Notes: generated by a model from the letters alone, not told the origin. 64,000 bases of DNA from Escherichia coli (GCF_050920415.1 NZ_CP169309.1); one strand, 5' to 3'. Positions 12,802 through 23,891 are shown, counted from the stretch's first letter. Translations and numbers: made by a program.

Positions 12802-12877
12802 TACGTTAAAACGCACCTTATAACCAGTCTGGCACAGCGATGCAAGTTTTGCCGCCGCTTTCAGGCGGCAAAAAGTA

Positions 12878-13537
12878 TTACAAAACGCGAGTTGTCAAAG
12901 AATGTCCATCGAAAGTAACCGTCAGCTCATCACCGCTTTGCAAGGGGCCGACGCCATCAGGCGTGCCTGTCAGCACAACGTCACCGGCCTTGAGGGTAAA
13001 AAACTTGCTCATATAAGCGATCAGCGGAACGATTTTATGGATCATGTCCGCAGTCGTACCTTGCTGGCGTTGTTCGCCGTTGACGCTCAGGCCCAGCACT
13101 GTATTTTGCGGATCGCCGGTGAATTCCGCCGCTGGAATAAACCCGGATAGCGGACAAGAGTTATCAAACGCTTTGGCCTTTTCCCACGGCTGCCCGGCTT
13201 TCTTCATTTTTCCCTGAACATCACGCAATGTCAGATCGAGCGCCACGCCGTAACCGGCAATTGCTTTGCGGACATGCTCTTCCGTAGCCTGACGTAGCGT
13301 CGCGCCAATCAACACCGCTAGTTCGACTTCATGATGAACTGAACCGAAATCGGATGGGATCGCCAATGGCTGCCGCAGATCGCACAGTGCCGTCTCTGGT
13401 TTAATAAACAGCACTGGCTCTTCGGGCACTGCACTGCCCATCTCTTTAATATGTTTGGCATAGTTACTGCCAACACAGACTACTTTACTCACCGGATAAT
13501 CCAGCAGCGCACCTTGCCAGTTGTGATGTTGATACAT
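12878..13537 (-). CDS. ycgM: Fumarylacetoacetate-hydrolase-family protein YcgM
   Basis: ORF 12878..13594; start at internal ATG (MYQHHNWQG...) gives about 219 aa. Confidence 0.8.
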
Positions 13538-13607
13538 AACGTTCCCCTCACTTATCGTGGATATGAAAACCCGCGCCGACAAAGATAATGCCACCGCCGG
13601 ATATCGG

Positions 13608-13934
13608 TTATTTGTTAGTGTCGTCTGTTTTCTGCCCCATTATGGAAAGATGTTGCTTCAGCAAATCTTCGGGGGGTGGCGGTAACTGCAGATAGTAACC
13701 TTGCTCGGTTAATGCCAGTTTAACCTTCTCAATATCGGCATTGACCAATTTCTTCCGCCCATCCAGCGGCAGAATCATCGCTAACTGAGGCTGACCAAAA
13801 CCTTTCATCAGTTCCTCAGGAACACGCGAAAAATCGTCTTTTTTTTCGACATATAAATAGGTCTGGTCACGCTTGCTGCTTCGATAAATCACACAAAACA
13901 TACATTTACTCTTTAAAATGCCAGGTTTTGGCAT
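13608..13934 (-). CDS. ycgL: Small protein YcgL
   Basis: 108-aa ORF in conserved position. Confidence 0.75.
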   Translation of the reverse strand: MPKPGILKSKCMFCVIYRSSKRDQTYLYVEKKDDFSRVPEELMKGFGQPQLAMILPLDGRKKLVNADIEKVKLALTEQGYYLQLPPPPEDLLKQHLSIMGQKTDDTNK

Positions 13935-14140
13935 AAGCTAACATCAATGAAACCCGCGCCACAAGCCAGCCAGCTGTAGATTTCTGCGGTTTGTTCAATC
14001 CATGCGCCCTTTATAAGTAATCCCCGGCAAGAATACCGCACCAGGATTTTACCGAATACAGGAAAGCCACTGGAATTCCCCCGTAAGGAATTGTTATATT
14101 ATAACAGTTCATCGTACTCATTCTGAACAGGAGACTACCT

Positions 14141-14542
14141 ATGAAAATCAAGAGCATCAGTAAGGGTGTATTGCTGCTTGCACTGCTAACCTCTACGAGC
14201 TTTGCTGCAGGTAAGAATGTCAATGTTGAGTTCAGAAAAGGTCATAGCAGCGCTCAGTACTCCGGCGAAATAAAGGGATATGATTACGATACATATACCT
14301 TCTATGCCAAAAAAGGCCAGAAAGTGCATGTGAGTATCTCTAATGAAGGCGCTGATACTTACCTCTTCGGACCAGGGATCGATGATTCTGTTGATTTATC
14401 CAGATATTCCCCAGAACTCGATAGTCACGGACAATACGCACTCCCAGCTTCTGGCAAATATGAGCTGCGTGTGCTGCAAACTCGAAATGACGCCCGTAAA
14501 AACAAAACTAAAAAATATAACGTTGATATTCAAATTAAGTAA
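14141..14542 (+). CDS. pliG: Periplasmic inhibitor of g-type lysozyme (YcgK/PliG)
   Basis: 133-aa ORF with signal peptide MKIKSISKGVLLLALLTSTSFA. Confidence 0.8.
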   Translation: MKIKSISKGVLLLALLTSTSFAAGKNVNVEFRKGHSSAQYSGEIKGYDYDTYTFYAKKGQKVHVSISNEGADTYLFGPGIDDSVDLSRYSPELDSHGQYALPASGKYELRVLQTRNDARKNKTKKYNVDIQIK

Positions 14543-14685
14543 ATGTCAATCGACGGGGACTCTCCCCGTCATAAACGTTATCGCCCCCACGCCTCTCTGT
14601 CGCTCAAGAGGTTAATGACGAATATAAAGAAGGCTATGCGACGACGAGCGGAAAATACAGAATAGAACATAATGTAAACAAGACA

Positions 14686-15054
14686 TCACTCACGACACAT
14701 AAATAACATCTTTGTGGTGGTTTGATTGATTTTCCCACTCCGCTGACCATCCATACCAAAATAACGATCATCACGACATAATTTTTCTTTAACATCGCAA
14801 AATACACCGTTAGAGAATGTAAATTGGCTGGGATCGTAGCCTTCTACTGATTGCAAGTTATCCGCAGCTTTTTCACCGAGATATTTCCTTGTTAACTCAG
14901 GGGAAATGCCATCTAAGTCAACACAAATATACGGGTCGCAAACAACGCCACACGCCGGCGATTGAAGTCCGCCGGCGTCATTTCCAGACGCCATTGATGA
15001 GAACATCATCCCCACACCTGACAATCCAATATAAAAAATACGCCTCATATTCAT
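14686..15054 (-). CDS. ycgJ: Secreted small protein YcgJ
   Basis: 122-aa ORF with N-terminal signal-like segment, Cys-rich. Confidence 0.75.
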   Translation of the reverse strand: MNMRRIFYIGLSGVGMMFSSMASGNDAGGLQSPACGVVCDPYICVDLDGISPELTRKYLGEKAADNLQSVEGYDPSQFTFSNGVFCDVKEKLCRDDRYFGMDGQRSGKINQTTTKMLFMCRE

Positions 15055-15573
15055 AGCACATCCTGAGAAACCAACCGTACAACACTTATGCTCATTTCAT
15101 CATCAACTCATAATCAAAACCGCTGACCTGGACGAGTTACGATGACCTGACAGAAGCATCAGACATCTTCTGCGGATTCTATGATAGAGCAATTCTTCAG
15201 CTGATATTAAGATAAAGGTGGCCGTCTTTTAATGGCGTTGAAAGAAATGGAAAGTTAAGAAAGCTTAGCGATGGTGAAAAAATATGCTTGCCTCAACACT
15301 GGATATTTAAACAGTTCTCATGAGATTGTCACGATTAGAGTGCAGAAAAAGGAAGGGTAATTAAGAACAATCAAAAGTACGACGGCAATAGGTTGATTGA
15401 CAAGGGTATTTTTTAAGCTATGAATCAGCGCCATTTATCACAGAATAGACTTTTACTCTGAATAAATGGGAGGGTGACTTGCCTCAATATAATCCAGACT
15501 ATAACATGCCTTATAGTCTTCGGAACATCATCGCGCGCTGGCGATGATTAATAGCTAATTGAGTAAGGCCAGG

Positions 15574-16269
15574 ATGTCAAACACGCCAATCGAGCTTAAA
15601 GGCAGTAGCTTCACTTTATCTGTGGTTCATCTGCATGAGGCAGAACCTAAGGTTATTCATCAGGCGCTGGAAGACAAAATCGCTCAGGCCCCCGCATTTT
15701 TAAAACATGCCCCTGTTGTACTCAACGTCAGTGCACTTGAAGACCCGGTAAACTGGTCAGCGATGCATAAGGCTGTTTCGGCAACCGGTTTGCGGGTTAT
15801 TGGCGTAAGTGGCTGCAAAGATGCGCAACTTAAAGCCGAAATTGAAAAGATGGGGCTGCCTATCCTGACGGAAGGAAAGGAAAAAGCGCCGCGTCCAGCT
15901 CCCGCACCGCAGGCTCCAGCGCAAAATACAACGTCGGTCACAAAAACGCGTTTAATAGATACCCCGGTGCGTTCCGGTCAGCGTATTTATGCTCCACAAT
16001 GTGATCTGATTGTTACAAGCCACGTTAGCGCTGGGGCCGAATTGATTGCCGATGGTAACATTCATGTTTATGGCATGATGCGCGGTCGTGCGCTGGCAGG
16101 GGCAAGTGGTGACCGGGAAACGCAAATATTTTGTACGAACCTGATGGCGGAACTGGTGTCCATCGCAGGTGAATACTGGCTGAGTGATCAAATCCCAGCA
16201 GAATTTTATGGCAAAGCAGCGCGACTACAGTTAGTCGAAAACGCTTTGACCGTTCAACCGTTAAATTGA
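15574..16269 (+). CDS. minC: Septum site-determining protein MinC
   Basis: [40 protein letters not shown]...; ATG 15574 with AAGG RBS. Confidence 0.95.
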   Translation: MSNTPIELKGSSFTLSVVHLHEAEPKVIHQALEDKIAQAPAFLKHAPVVLNVSALEDPVNWSAMHKAVSATGLRVIGVSGCKDAQLKAEIEKMGLPILTEGKEKAPRPAPAPQAPAQNTTSVTKTRLIDTPVRSGQRIYAPQCDLIVTSHVSAGAELIADGNIHVYGMMRGRALAGASGDRETQIFCTNLMAELVSIAGEYWLSDQIPAEFYGKAARLQLVENALTVQPLN

Positions 16270-16292
16270 TCCCTTTTTAACAAGGAATTTCT

Positions 16293-17105
16293 ATGGCACG
16301 CATTATTGTTGTTACTTCGGGCAAAGGGGGTGTTGGTAAGACAACCTCCAGCGCGGCCATCGCCACTGGTTTGGCCCAGAAGGGAAAGAAAACTGTCGTG
16401 ATAGATTTTGATATCGGCCTGCGTAATCTCGACCTGATTATGGGTTGTGAACGCCGGGTCGTTTACGATTTCGTCAACGTCATTCAGGGCGATGCAACGC
16501 TAAATCAGGCGTTAATTAAAGATAAGCGTACTGAAAATCTCTATATTCTTCCGGCATCGCAAACACGCGATAAAGATGCCCTTACCCGTGAAGGGGTCGC
16601 CAAAGTTCTTGATGATCTGAAAGCGATGGACTTTGAATTTATCGTTTGTGACTCCCCGGCAGGGATTGAAACCGGTGCGTTAATGGCACTCTATTTTGCA
16701 GACGAAGCCATTATTACCACCAACCCGGAAGTCTCCTCAGTACGCGACTCTGACCGTATTTTAGGCATTCTGGCGTCGAAATCACGCCGCGCAGAAAATG
16801 GCGAAGAGCCTATTAAAGAGCATCTGCTGTTAACGCGCTATAACCCAGGCCGCGTGAGCAGAGGTGACATGTTGAGCATGGAAGATGTGCTGGAGATCCT
16901 GCGCATCAAACTCGTCGGCGTGATTCCTGAGGATCAATCAGTATTGCGCGCCTCTAACCAGGGTGAACCGGTCATTCTCGACATTAACGCCGATGCGGGT
17001 AAAGCCTACGCAGATACCGTAGAACGTCTGTTGGGAGAAGAACGTCCTTTCCGCTTCATTGAAGAAGAGAAGAAAGGCTTCCTCAAACGCTTGTTCGGAG
17101 GATAA
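16293..17105 (+). CDS. minD: Septum site-determining ATPase MinD
   Basis: MARIIVVTSGKGGVGKTT Walker A; 270 aa. Confidence 0.95.
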   Translation: MARIIVVTSGKGGVGKTTSSAAIATGLAQKGKKTVVIDFDIGLRNLDLIMGCERRVVYDFVNVIQGDATLNQALIKDKRTENLYILPASQTRDKDALTREGVAKVLDDLKAMDFEFIVCDSPAGIETGALMALYFADEAIITTNPEVSSVRDSDRILGILASKSRRAENGEEPIKEHLLLTRYNPGRVSRGDMLSMEDVLEILRIKLVGVIPEDQSVLRASNQGEPVILDINADAGKAYADTVERLLGEERPFRFIEEEKKGFLKRLFGG

Positions 17106-17108
17106 GTT

Positions 17109-17375
17109 ATGGCATTACTCGATTTCTTTCTCTCGCGGAAGAAAAACACGGCCAACATTGCAAAAGAACGGCTGCAGATTATTGTTGCTGAACGCCGTCG
17201 CAGCGATGCTGAACCGCATTATCTACCGCAGTTGCGTAAAGATATTCTTGAGGTCATTTGTAAATACGTACAAATTGATCCTGAGATGGTAACCGTACAG
17301 CTTGAGCAAAAAGATGGCGATATTTCTATTCTTGAGCTGAACGTGACTTTACCGGAAGCTGAAGAGCTGAAATAA
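17109..17375 (+). CDS. minE: Cell division topological specificity factor MinE
   Basis: [31 protein letters not shown]...; 88 aa. Confidence 0.95.
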
Positions 17376-17401
17376 GCCCGCTGTAAAAGCGCATTTATCT
17401 T

Positions 17402-17435
17402 CAAGGCAGAGTCATCTCTGCCTTGAGTTTTTCAT
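17402..17435 (+). terminator. Intrinsic terminator downstream of minE
   Basis: CAAGGCAGAG-TCATC-TCTGCCTTG hairpin followed by AGTTTTT. Confidence 0.7.
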
Positions 17436-17704
17436 TCCTCTCATCCACGTTTAGTAAGCGCGGCGAGCATTCTTGCTGATGCGACGCATTGCTATTTCTC
17501 CCTCCCCCTTTACACCTTAATGCTGTTCCCATATACAGAACAAAATGTTTATGCCTGGTTGAGTAGATAACCTTATTGTTAGCATGGGTATACTGGGCGA
17601 TGATAACCCCGCAATTTCATTATTCATTGTTCTCCCATAGGATGAGGTTTCCCGCCGTAACTGGCGGGCTTTTTTTGCCTCAGCATTTTCCCTTGTAACA
17701 CCCT

Positions 17705-17735
17705 GTAAATGAAAACTGCGCCGAAGCGCAGTTTA
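17705..17735 (-). terminator. Hairpin downstream of the autotransporter gene
   Basis: AACTGCGC-CGAA-GCGCAGTT stem-loop with a U-rich tail on the minus strand. Confidence 0.45.
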
Positions 17736-17746
17736 ATTACTGATTG

Positions 17747-20700
17747 TCAGAACGACCAGTTCACACCAGCCACCGCGTTCCACGGGGATTCCACACTGGC
17801 ACCATGGCTATACCCCACCCCGAGATGCCCGCTTAACGAACTGCTGAATGAGGCTTTAATACCTGCCTGGTATATTCCACGTCTGCCCGACAAATCATTG
17901 ACAAAATTACCGTCATTATTCACTTTCACCCGGTTATCATCGACAAATTCTTTGCGCACAGCCGCCTTCAGCCACGGCTCTACTTCCATGCCGTTCCCCA
18001 GACGCATGTTGTAACTCAGCGTTGCGCCCAGTTCACGATATATACTGCGGGTATCGACTGATTTCGATTCCATACCATTGGATAAATGATATTCGGGGTT
18101 GTCAGCGGTTAACCCCGTTAACGATGCATACGGCGTCAGGTTCCAGTTACCATCGGTAAATCGCATCCCGGTTTCAATGTGACCGCCCAGCCCGTTGCTG
18201 CGATAACTGCCGTTGGCGGCTCCACCGCTGCTCATTTTACCGGCTACGTTACTTTCAAAGCGGTTCAGCTTCACGATACCGTCCAGATAGAAACCACTTT
18301 CATGTTCCCAGCTGACATAGCCCCCCAGAGAATAACTGCCCACACTGCCATGTCCTCCACGATCAAAACCGATATGTGAATGGGAATAACCCATAAAAGC
18401 GCCCAGCGTCGCAATCCCCTCAGGAATATCATTACGGCTATCGATCCCCACCGTCATTCCGGTCAGCGTCTGCTCAAACCCGGCACCCGCATCGGTGGTG
18501 ACATTATTACGGGTGTTATACGTCGTCCCCCAGACATTATTGTTGTGTGGACTCGCTTTCATTATGTTCAACCGCTCGCGAATACTGTTTAGCTCAGCAT
18601 CAAAGACCAACGGTAATGTTGCTGCCATATTGAGTACGGCTGCCGTAGAAGGCGTGATGCGTTTCTCCGGGACGGGTGTCGGCGTTGGATCGGGAGTCGG
18701 GTCTGGTTTCGGATCCGGTTTTGGGTCTGGTTTTGGATCCGGTTTCGGATTTGGGTTGGGGTCCGGGTTGGGTTTGACATCATTGGTCAGGTTCCAGTTG
18801 CTGTTGCCGTCGCTTTTCAGGACATACTCATAGGTCCCAAGATCAACGAAACCGCCGGTATTACCCAGCGTAAACGAAGCATCCCCTCCCCCTGTTTTCA
18901 CCAGCGTCATCGCGTCGTCAGACTGAGGGCTGACGCCGGTATCCTGAACAAAGATTTTAAAATTGCCAGTGGCGTTGTTGTTGACGACCAGTTGATCGCC
19001 CCGGGAGCCTGCAACGTTGGTATGCAGGTAGAAATTACCGCTGCCGGAAAGTTCACTGGTGGTCAGCGTATTGTAGATACCGTTAGTTGTGGCAGGCGCT
19101 GCTGTTTGTGCTGATAAATAAACATCACCGTCGTTGAGGAGCAAACTGTTTACTCTATATTCGCAGTTGCTGGTGCCTGCACAGGAATTATTGCTGTTAA
19201 GCCAGACACTGCCCCGGCTGGCAGCCGTCAGGTCGGCAAGCGTCGTATCGACGCCATTTCCGATAGTTAATGTCGCGCTATCGGTAATCCGGACCACCCC
19301 TTCAAGTTTAACTGGCGTAACATTATCCCGTGGCGTCATTAACGACAGGCTTCCTGTCGCGCCACTGACCGATGCATCCGCCAGCGTACCTGCGTAGACG
19401 ATTGCCGTCCCGCCAGCGACCTGTAGATCTTCTGCCCGGGCCAGAGCCTGAAACTCATCTTTTGACCGACCAAGGGTATATTGCCCACCGGAATTAACCT
19501 TTGTGGCGAAGTCCTGACCCAGGTTTTGCATTGCCCCACCGTTGCCAACCGTGGAATCGCGAGCTTCGGTACCTGCTAATACCAATAAATTACCGCCATT
19601 TTCCAGCAGCACATTGGTCGCTAAATTTCCGGCAATGGAAAAGGTGCCGTACTGGTGAGTACCGCTGATTTCAATACCGTTAGCCGTGCTCGTCTGGAGA
19701 GCGGCACCGCTGTTCTGGATGATATCTGTCGCTTTGCCATTATCGTTGACTGTCAGCGTACCGCCTTCATTAATCGTTGTTTTTACTGCCTCACCGTTAG
19801 CCGAAACTGTTTGTATTCCGCCGTCGTTAATCGTTGTCTCAGTCGCCACACCCTCGACGATTTGTTCACCGCCGGTAAGCATCGTGCCAGTCGCAGTGGC
19901 TTTTGTTTTGACGATCTCCCGTCCGCCCGCATTGACCTGTGTTTTGGCGGAAGTGGTGTCTGACTCCACGGTTAACACGCCGCCATTTGCCAGCAGGATA
20001 TTGTTCGCCGCATCCTGCTCGATGCTGAACGCGACGCCATCAGCGCGTGTCCCTGTGACCCGCGTCGCCCTGGTGGTTGCCACCAACGCGCCCTGGCTAC
20101 TCTGCTGTATCCCCGTAGCGCTGCCTTTCTCCCGCACATCGAGTGTGCCGCCGTCATTAAGTACCGAGTTTTCAGCCAGACCGCCCTCATTAACTACCTG
20201 TGAACCGCCATTAATAATGGAACCTTCCGTTGTCCCGTTTGCCATAATTTGTTGTAGGCCAGAGACGATATCGGTATTGATCGCCTTACCATAATTCTGA
20301 ACGGTTTGCGTGCCGCCTTTGATGTGCGTTTTATCTGTTGACCCACCATCAACAATTTGTTCACCACTTTCGATATTTGCCTCAGTGGCTAAACCATATA
20401 CCGTTTGCTTGCCACCTTTGATATTTGCTTTATCAGAAGTGGCACTGGCATATATTGTTTGGGTGCCCGCACTATTGAGTACAGTGCCAACATCTTTTCC
20501 ATAAACATCCATTTTGCCGTTGGCATTAATAATCGTATCAACTGCCCGGGAACCAGTAACGACTGTTAATGAGCCAGCGTTTTCCAGCACTACATTTTTA
20601 GCTTCTGAATTCCTGATGTAGAAAGCATCACCATAACTGTTGGTTCCTTCGATAAGTGTTCCGGAAGTCGTGGAAGCAATTAATGCGCCGCCGGATTGTT

Positions 20701-22438
20701 GCTCAACATGCTTAGCCTCACCACCGTCCTGAACCTCCAGAACGCCACCATTATTAAGTCTGGTGGTATCTGTTTTAGCCTCCTTCTGGACAATCAGCTT
20801 ACCGCCAGCATCAACGGTAGTATTTTTCGCCGTGGTTTTAGCCACTACCGTCAGTTCGCCGGTATTTTCCAGCACAACATAATTAGCCTCCCCTCCGGTA
20901 ATAGTGAAGTGAGAGAGCTTGTTGTATCCTTCAATATCAGTCCCTGCGCCCGTGTTGGCAACTAAAGCACTGCCCGTCTCCTGGTTAACCCCATGTGCGA
21001 TACCACCGGTATAGACAATCAGCGAGCCTCCGGCGCTAATATTGCTGCCAGTTGCCGTACCATCTTTCTCAACAACCTGCCGGCTCCCGGAGGAGATATT
21101 TGTCGTGTCAGCTTTCCCGCCGCTCTTGATATTTTGTGTTCCGCTGTTGATATTGGTTCCCGTGGCAATACCATGATTATTAATATTCTGTGTGCCACCA
21201 TTAATTATGGTATTTGTCGCGTTTCCGGCAACATCCATAACCCCGCCATTATCTATTCGGGTCGCATCAGCTTTAGCATTCGTTAAAACTGACATTGTTC
21301 CTTTATCTTTAATAACCGTCTTGTTTGCCGAACCATATGCGTTTATGTCTAAATGGCCACCGTTTTCCAGCAACACATTGTCTGCCACGTGATTGTGGAT
21401 GGAGAATGCCCCTTCACTATTCGTACCGCTCACCGTCGACCTGTCAGTCATTGCTTTTAAAGCCGCGCCATCGTGCTGGGTAACATTCGTTGCCGTACCC
21501 TCTCTAACATCAAGCACGCCACCGGAATATATTTCAATAACATTCGAGGTGCTCCTGCTATCAACAATTTGCGTCCCACCAGAATAGATCGTGGTAGTGT
21601 GCGCCGTTGACGTGTTTTGCAGCGTCTGCATTCCTCCATTTTTAATGGTGGTTATTTGTGCAGTGCTTGAATCAACATCCTGTCGACCACCATCTATTGT
21701 GGTGTCCAGCGCATGGCTCTTAATTGTTCTTTGGTCACCTCCATTTTTAATGATAGTGTTTTCTACAATACTCGAATCTACATACTGTCGGCCCCCATCT
21801 ATTGTTGTGTTCGTTGCCAGACTTCCTTGTGTGATGTTCTGAGAACCAGATGTATTTATCGTCGTACCGTCAACATGCCCCTGAGCTGTTACTGTTTGTT
21901 TACCACCATCAATGACAGTCCCGTTTGCTCTCCCTCCTTCGACGTATGAATTACCATTCTTAATTATCGTGCCATTGCTGGTACCATCCTTATAAATGTA
22001 CTGATTGCCACTCTCGATTAACGTGCCATTGCTGGTACCACCGTTATAAACTTGCTGATTGCCACTCGCGATTATCGTACCGCTAGAATTCCCACCATTA
22101 TAAATTACCTGTGTACCCCCATGAAGGATTGTATTATTAGCTTGCCCCTGATAATTGTTATGGTTTGCTACATCTTGTTGTCCACCCATTTCAATAATAC
22201 TTCCATTAGACACCCCACCAAATACAGTCTGGTGGCCGTGATTAATGATATGAGTATCATTAGTTGTCCCCCGTTCATCTACTATTTGCTCGCCATCCAC
22301 AGTTTCACCATTTACGATACCAGTAACGATTGATGTGAAAGCAGCCTCTCCAGGCTGGGCATATATCAAGGCAGATATCAATAAGGAAAGTACTGAACGG
22401 CGAAAATAATAGCGACTGGTCCTGTTCATAAATTTCAT
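17747..22438 (-). CDS. AIDA-I-type autotransporter adhesin: beta-helix repeat passenger, Pro-rich linker, C-terminal beta-barrel
   Basis: ORF 17747..22558; likely start at MKFMNRTSRYYFRRSVLSLLISALIYA (22438 or 22429) with GAGG RBS. Dozens of GGxQxV/NGT repeats, PNPDPNPNPKPDPKPDPKPDP linker, C-terminus ending ...NWSF typical of autotransporter barrels. Confidence 0.85.
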   Translation of the reverse strand: MKFMNRTSRYYFRRSVLSLLISALIYAQPGEAAFTSIVTGIVNGETVDGEQIVDERGTTNDTHIINHGHQTVFGGVSNGSIIEMGGQQDVANHNNYQGQANNTILHGGTQVIYNGGNSSGTIIASGNQQVYNGGTSNGTLIESGNQYIYKDGTSNGTIIKNGNSYVEGGRANGTVIDGGKQTVTAQGHVDGTTINTSGSQNITQGSLATNTTIDGGRQYVDSSIVENTIIKNGGDQRTIKSHALDTTIDGGRQDVDSSTAQITTIKNGGMQTLQNTSTAHTTTIYSGGTQIVDSRSTSNVIEIYSGGVLDVREGTATNVTQHDGAALKAMTDRSTVSGTNSEGAFSIHNHVADNVLLENGGHLDINAYGSANKTVIKDKGTMSVLTNAKADATRIDNGGVMDVAGNATNTIINGGTQNINNHGIATGTNINSGTQNIKSGGKADTTNISSGSRQVVEKDGTATGSNISAGGSLIVYTGGIAHGVNQETGSALVANTGAGTDIEGYNKLSHFTITGGEANYVVLENTGELTVVAKTTAKNTTVDAGGKLIVQKEAKTDTTRLNNGGVLEVQDGGEAKHVEQQSGGALIASTTSGTLIEGTNSYGDAFYIRNSEAKNVVLENAGSLTVVTGSRAVDTIINANGKMDVYGKDVGTVLNSAGTQTIYASATSDKANIKGGKQTVYGLATEANIESGEQIVDGGSTDKTHIKGGTQTVQNYGKAINTDIVSGLQQIMANGTTEGSIINGGSQVVNEGGLAENSVLNDGGTLDVREKGSATGIQQSSQGALVATTRATRVTGTRADGVAFSIEQDAANNILLANGGVLTVESDTTSAKTQVNAGGREIVKTKATATGTMLTGGEQIVEGVATETTINDGGIQTVSANGEAVKTTINEGGTLTVNDNGKATDIIQNSGAALQTSTANGIEISGTHQYGTFSIAGNLATNVLLENGGNLLVLAGTEARDSTVGNGGAMQNLGQDFATKVNSGGQYTLGRSKDEFQALARAEDLQVAGGTAIVYAGTLADASVSGATGSLSLMTPRDNVTPVKLEGVVRITDSATLTIGNGVDTTLADLTAASRGSVWLNSNNSCAGTSNCEYRVNSLLLNDGDVYLSAQTAAPATTNGIYNTLTTSELSGSGNFYLHTNVAGSRGDQLVVNNNATGNFKIFVQDTGVSPQSDDAMTLVKTGGGDASFTLGNTGGFVDLGTYEYVLKSDGNSNWNLTNDVKPNPDPNPNPKPDPKPDPKPDPKPDPTPDPTPTPVPEKRITPSTAAVLNMAATLPLVFDAELNSIRERLNIMKASPHNNNVWGTTYNTRNNVTTDAGAGFEQTLTGMTVGIDSRNDIPEGIATLGAFMGYSHSHIGFDRGGHGSVGSYSLGGYVSWEHESGFYLDGIVKLNRFESNVAGKMSSGGAANGSYRSNGLGGHIETGMRFTDGNWNLTPYASLTGLTADNPEYHLSNGMESKSVDTRSIYRELGATLSYNMRLGNGMEVEPWLKAAVRKEFVDDNRVKVNNDGNFVNDLSGRRGIYQAGIKASFSSSLSGHLGVGYSHGASVESPWNAVAGVNWSF
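18668..18779 (-). repeat. Tandem short coding repeat for the (PDPK/PNPD)n linker of the autotransporter
   Basis: Periodic GGATCCGGTTT/GGGTCTGGTTT units on the plus strand. Confidence 0.8.
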
Positions 22439-23032
22439 CCTCTGAAAAGTGAATACTGAGTAGCGGGTAAGCGACCTTAGCTCTGCTGCAACATCGGCCC
22501 ACAGGCACCAGACCAGGGGATTCATCCTTAAGAGACAGCGCAAGTGTATTGTGTTCACCGCTCATCAAAGACATCATGATGAAATGATGATATTCCGCAT
22601 AAGAAAGAGGCATTTTTAGACGCATCGCGCTGAAGTGTGGTTGAATAAAAATCAATCTTTTCAGATAAGACTGTCGTACTCTTATTTTGCGGAAATAAGG
22701 CCGTCGGCAAAGTAAAATGACTCACATAATTGTTTCTGATGAATATCTTCTACTCACATGAATATTACACAATAATATTGATGCATCAGATTATCTTACC
22801 TTTACAACATCACGTTAACAGCCAATGACACTTCTTGAATAAAAATATTGTCAATCAAAGAGTTATTTTTTATTTAAGATTATTCTCATTCAAGTAAAAG
22901 ACATAATTCCTATCATCACAGCCACGCTCATTTTGAATTATCTGAATAATAGCGAGCGTTCTTTAGTTAAGCAGGTCTTAATTGAAGACGAAATTATTGT
23001 GTGTGCAACTTACTTAATACCGGACATCTAAG

Positions 23033-23377
23033 TTGAAGAAAAAAATACTCGCCTTCGGGCTTATCTCAGCATTGCTCTGCTCCGCGCCAGCGATGGCGGA
23101 TATGAATCGCACCACAAAAGGTGCACTACTTGGTGCAGGCGTTGGTTTACTTACTGGCAATGGCGTTAATGGCGTACTGAAAGGTGCAGCTGTTGGCGCT
23201 GGCGTTGGTGCAGTAACAGAAAAAGGCCGCGACGGCAAAAATGCGCGCAAAGGTGCAAAAGTGGGTGCCGCCGTTGGTGCTGTCACTGGCGTTCTGACCG
23301 GCAATGGCCTTGAAGGGGCGATTAAAGGTGCCGTAATTGGCGGTACGGGTGGTGCAATTCTGGGTAAAATGAAATAA
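23033..23377 (+). CDS. ymgG: Glycine-zipper outer-membrane lipoprotein-like YmgG
   Basis: 114-aa ORF with signal peptide and GxxxG-rich repeats. Confidence 0.8.
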   Translation: MKKKILAFGLISALLCSAPAMADMNRTTKGALLGAGVGLLTGNGVNGVLKGAAVGAGVGAVTEKGRDGKNARKGAKVGAAVGAVTGVLTGNGLEGAIKGAVIGGTGGAILGKMK

Positions 23378-23386
23378 GGAATGATG

Positions 23387-23716
23387 ATGAAAAAATTTGC
23401 TTTACTGGCGGGTCTGTTTGTTTTCGCACCAATGACCTGGGCGCAGGACTACAATATTAAGAACGGTTTGCCGTCAGAAACCTATATTACTTGCGCAGAA
23501 GCCAACGAAATGGCAAAAACTGACAGCGCACAGGTTGCAGAAATTGTTGCGGTAATGGGTAATGCCAGCGTTGCCAGCCGTGATTTAAAAATTGAGCAAT
23601 CTCCGGAACTGAGCGCCAAAGTGGTAGAAAAACTGAACCAGGTTTGCGCTAAAGACCCGCAAATGCTGTTGATCACGGCAATTGATGACACCATGCGTGC
23701 TATCGGCAAAAAATAA
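23387..23716 (+). CDS. ymgD: Periplasmic protein YmgD
   Basis: MKKFALLAGLFVFAPMTWAQ signal peptide; about 109 aa. Confidence 0.8.
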   Translation: MKKFALLAGLFVFAPMTWAQDYNIKNGLPSETYITCAEANEMAKTDSAQVAEIVAVMGNASVASRDLKIEQSPELSAKVVEKLNQVCAKDPQMLLITAIDDTMRAIGKK

Positions 23717-23730
23717 TATTTCGTCTGTTA

Positions 23731-23760
23731 CCGCGTCGATTGATTCGACGCGGTGGTTGT
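23731..23760 (+). terminator. Hairpin downstream of ymgD
   Basis: CCGCGTCGA-TTGAT-TCGACGCGG stem-loop followed by a T-rich tract. Confidence 0.5.
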
Positions 23761-23891
23761 ATATAGTTCTACAATGAAACATCACACCCGCCAATACGCC
23801 CTCACAACAACAAGCAAAGCAATTTAATCGGCATTAAACCACAAGTACAACAATACTTATTACTATATAGCGGCTATAGCATAAAGAAAGA

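Noticed and set aside
17219-17404. 61-aa minus-strand ORF overlapping the 3' end of minE
   Set aside because: Almost entirely antisense to minE with no independent signals, even though a similarly sized small gene is annotated near minE in some references.
18495-18833. 112-aa plus-strand ORF rich in GSGFGSG repeats
   Set aside because: It is the reverse-complement reading of the Pro-Asp-Lys linker repeat of the autotransporter, not an independent gene; the periodicity is not a CRISPR array either.
22305-22655. 116-aa minus-strand ORF overlapping the autotransporter start as a standalone gene
   Set aside because: Overlaps the autotransporter N-terminus in another frame. Only its first 12 codons are noteworthy because they recur in the 40-bp repeat; the full ORF is not supported.
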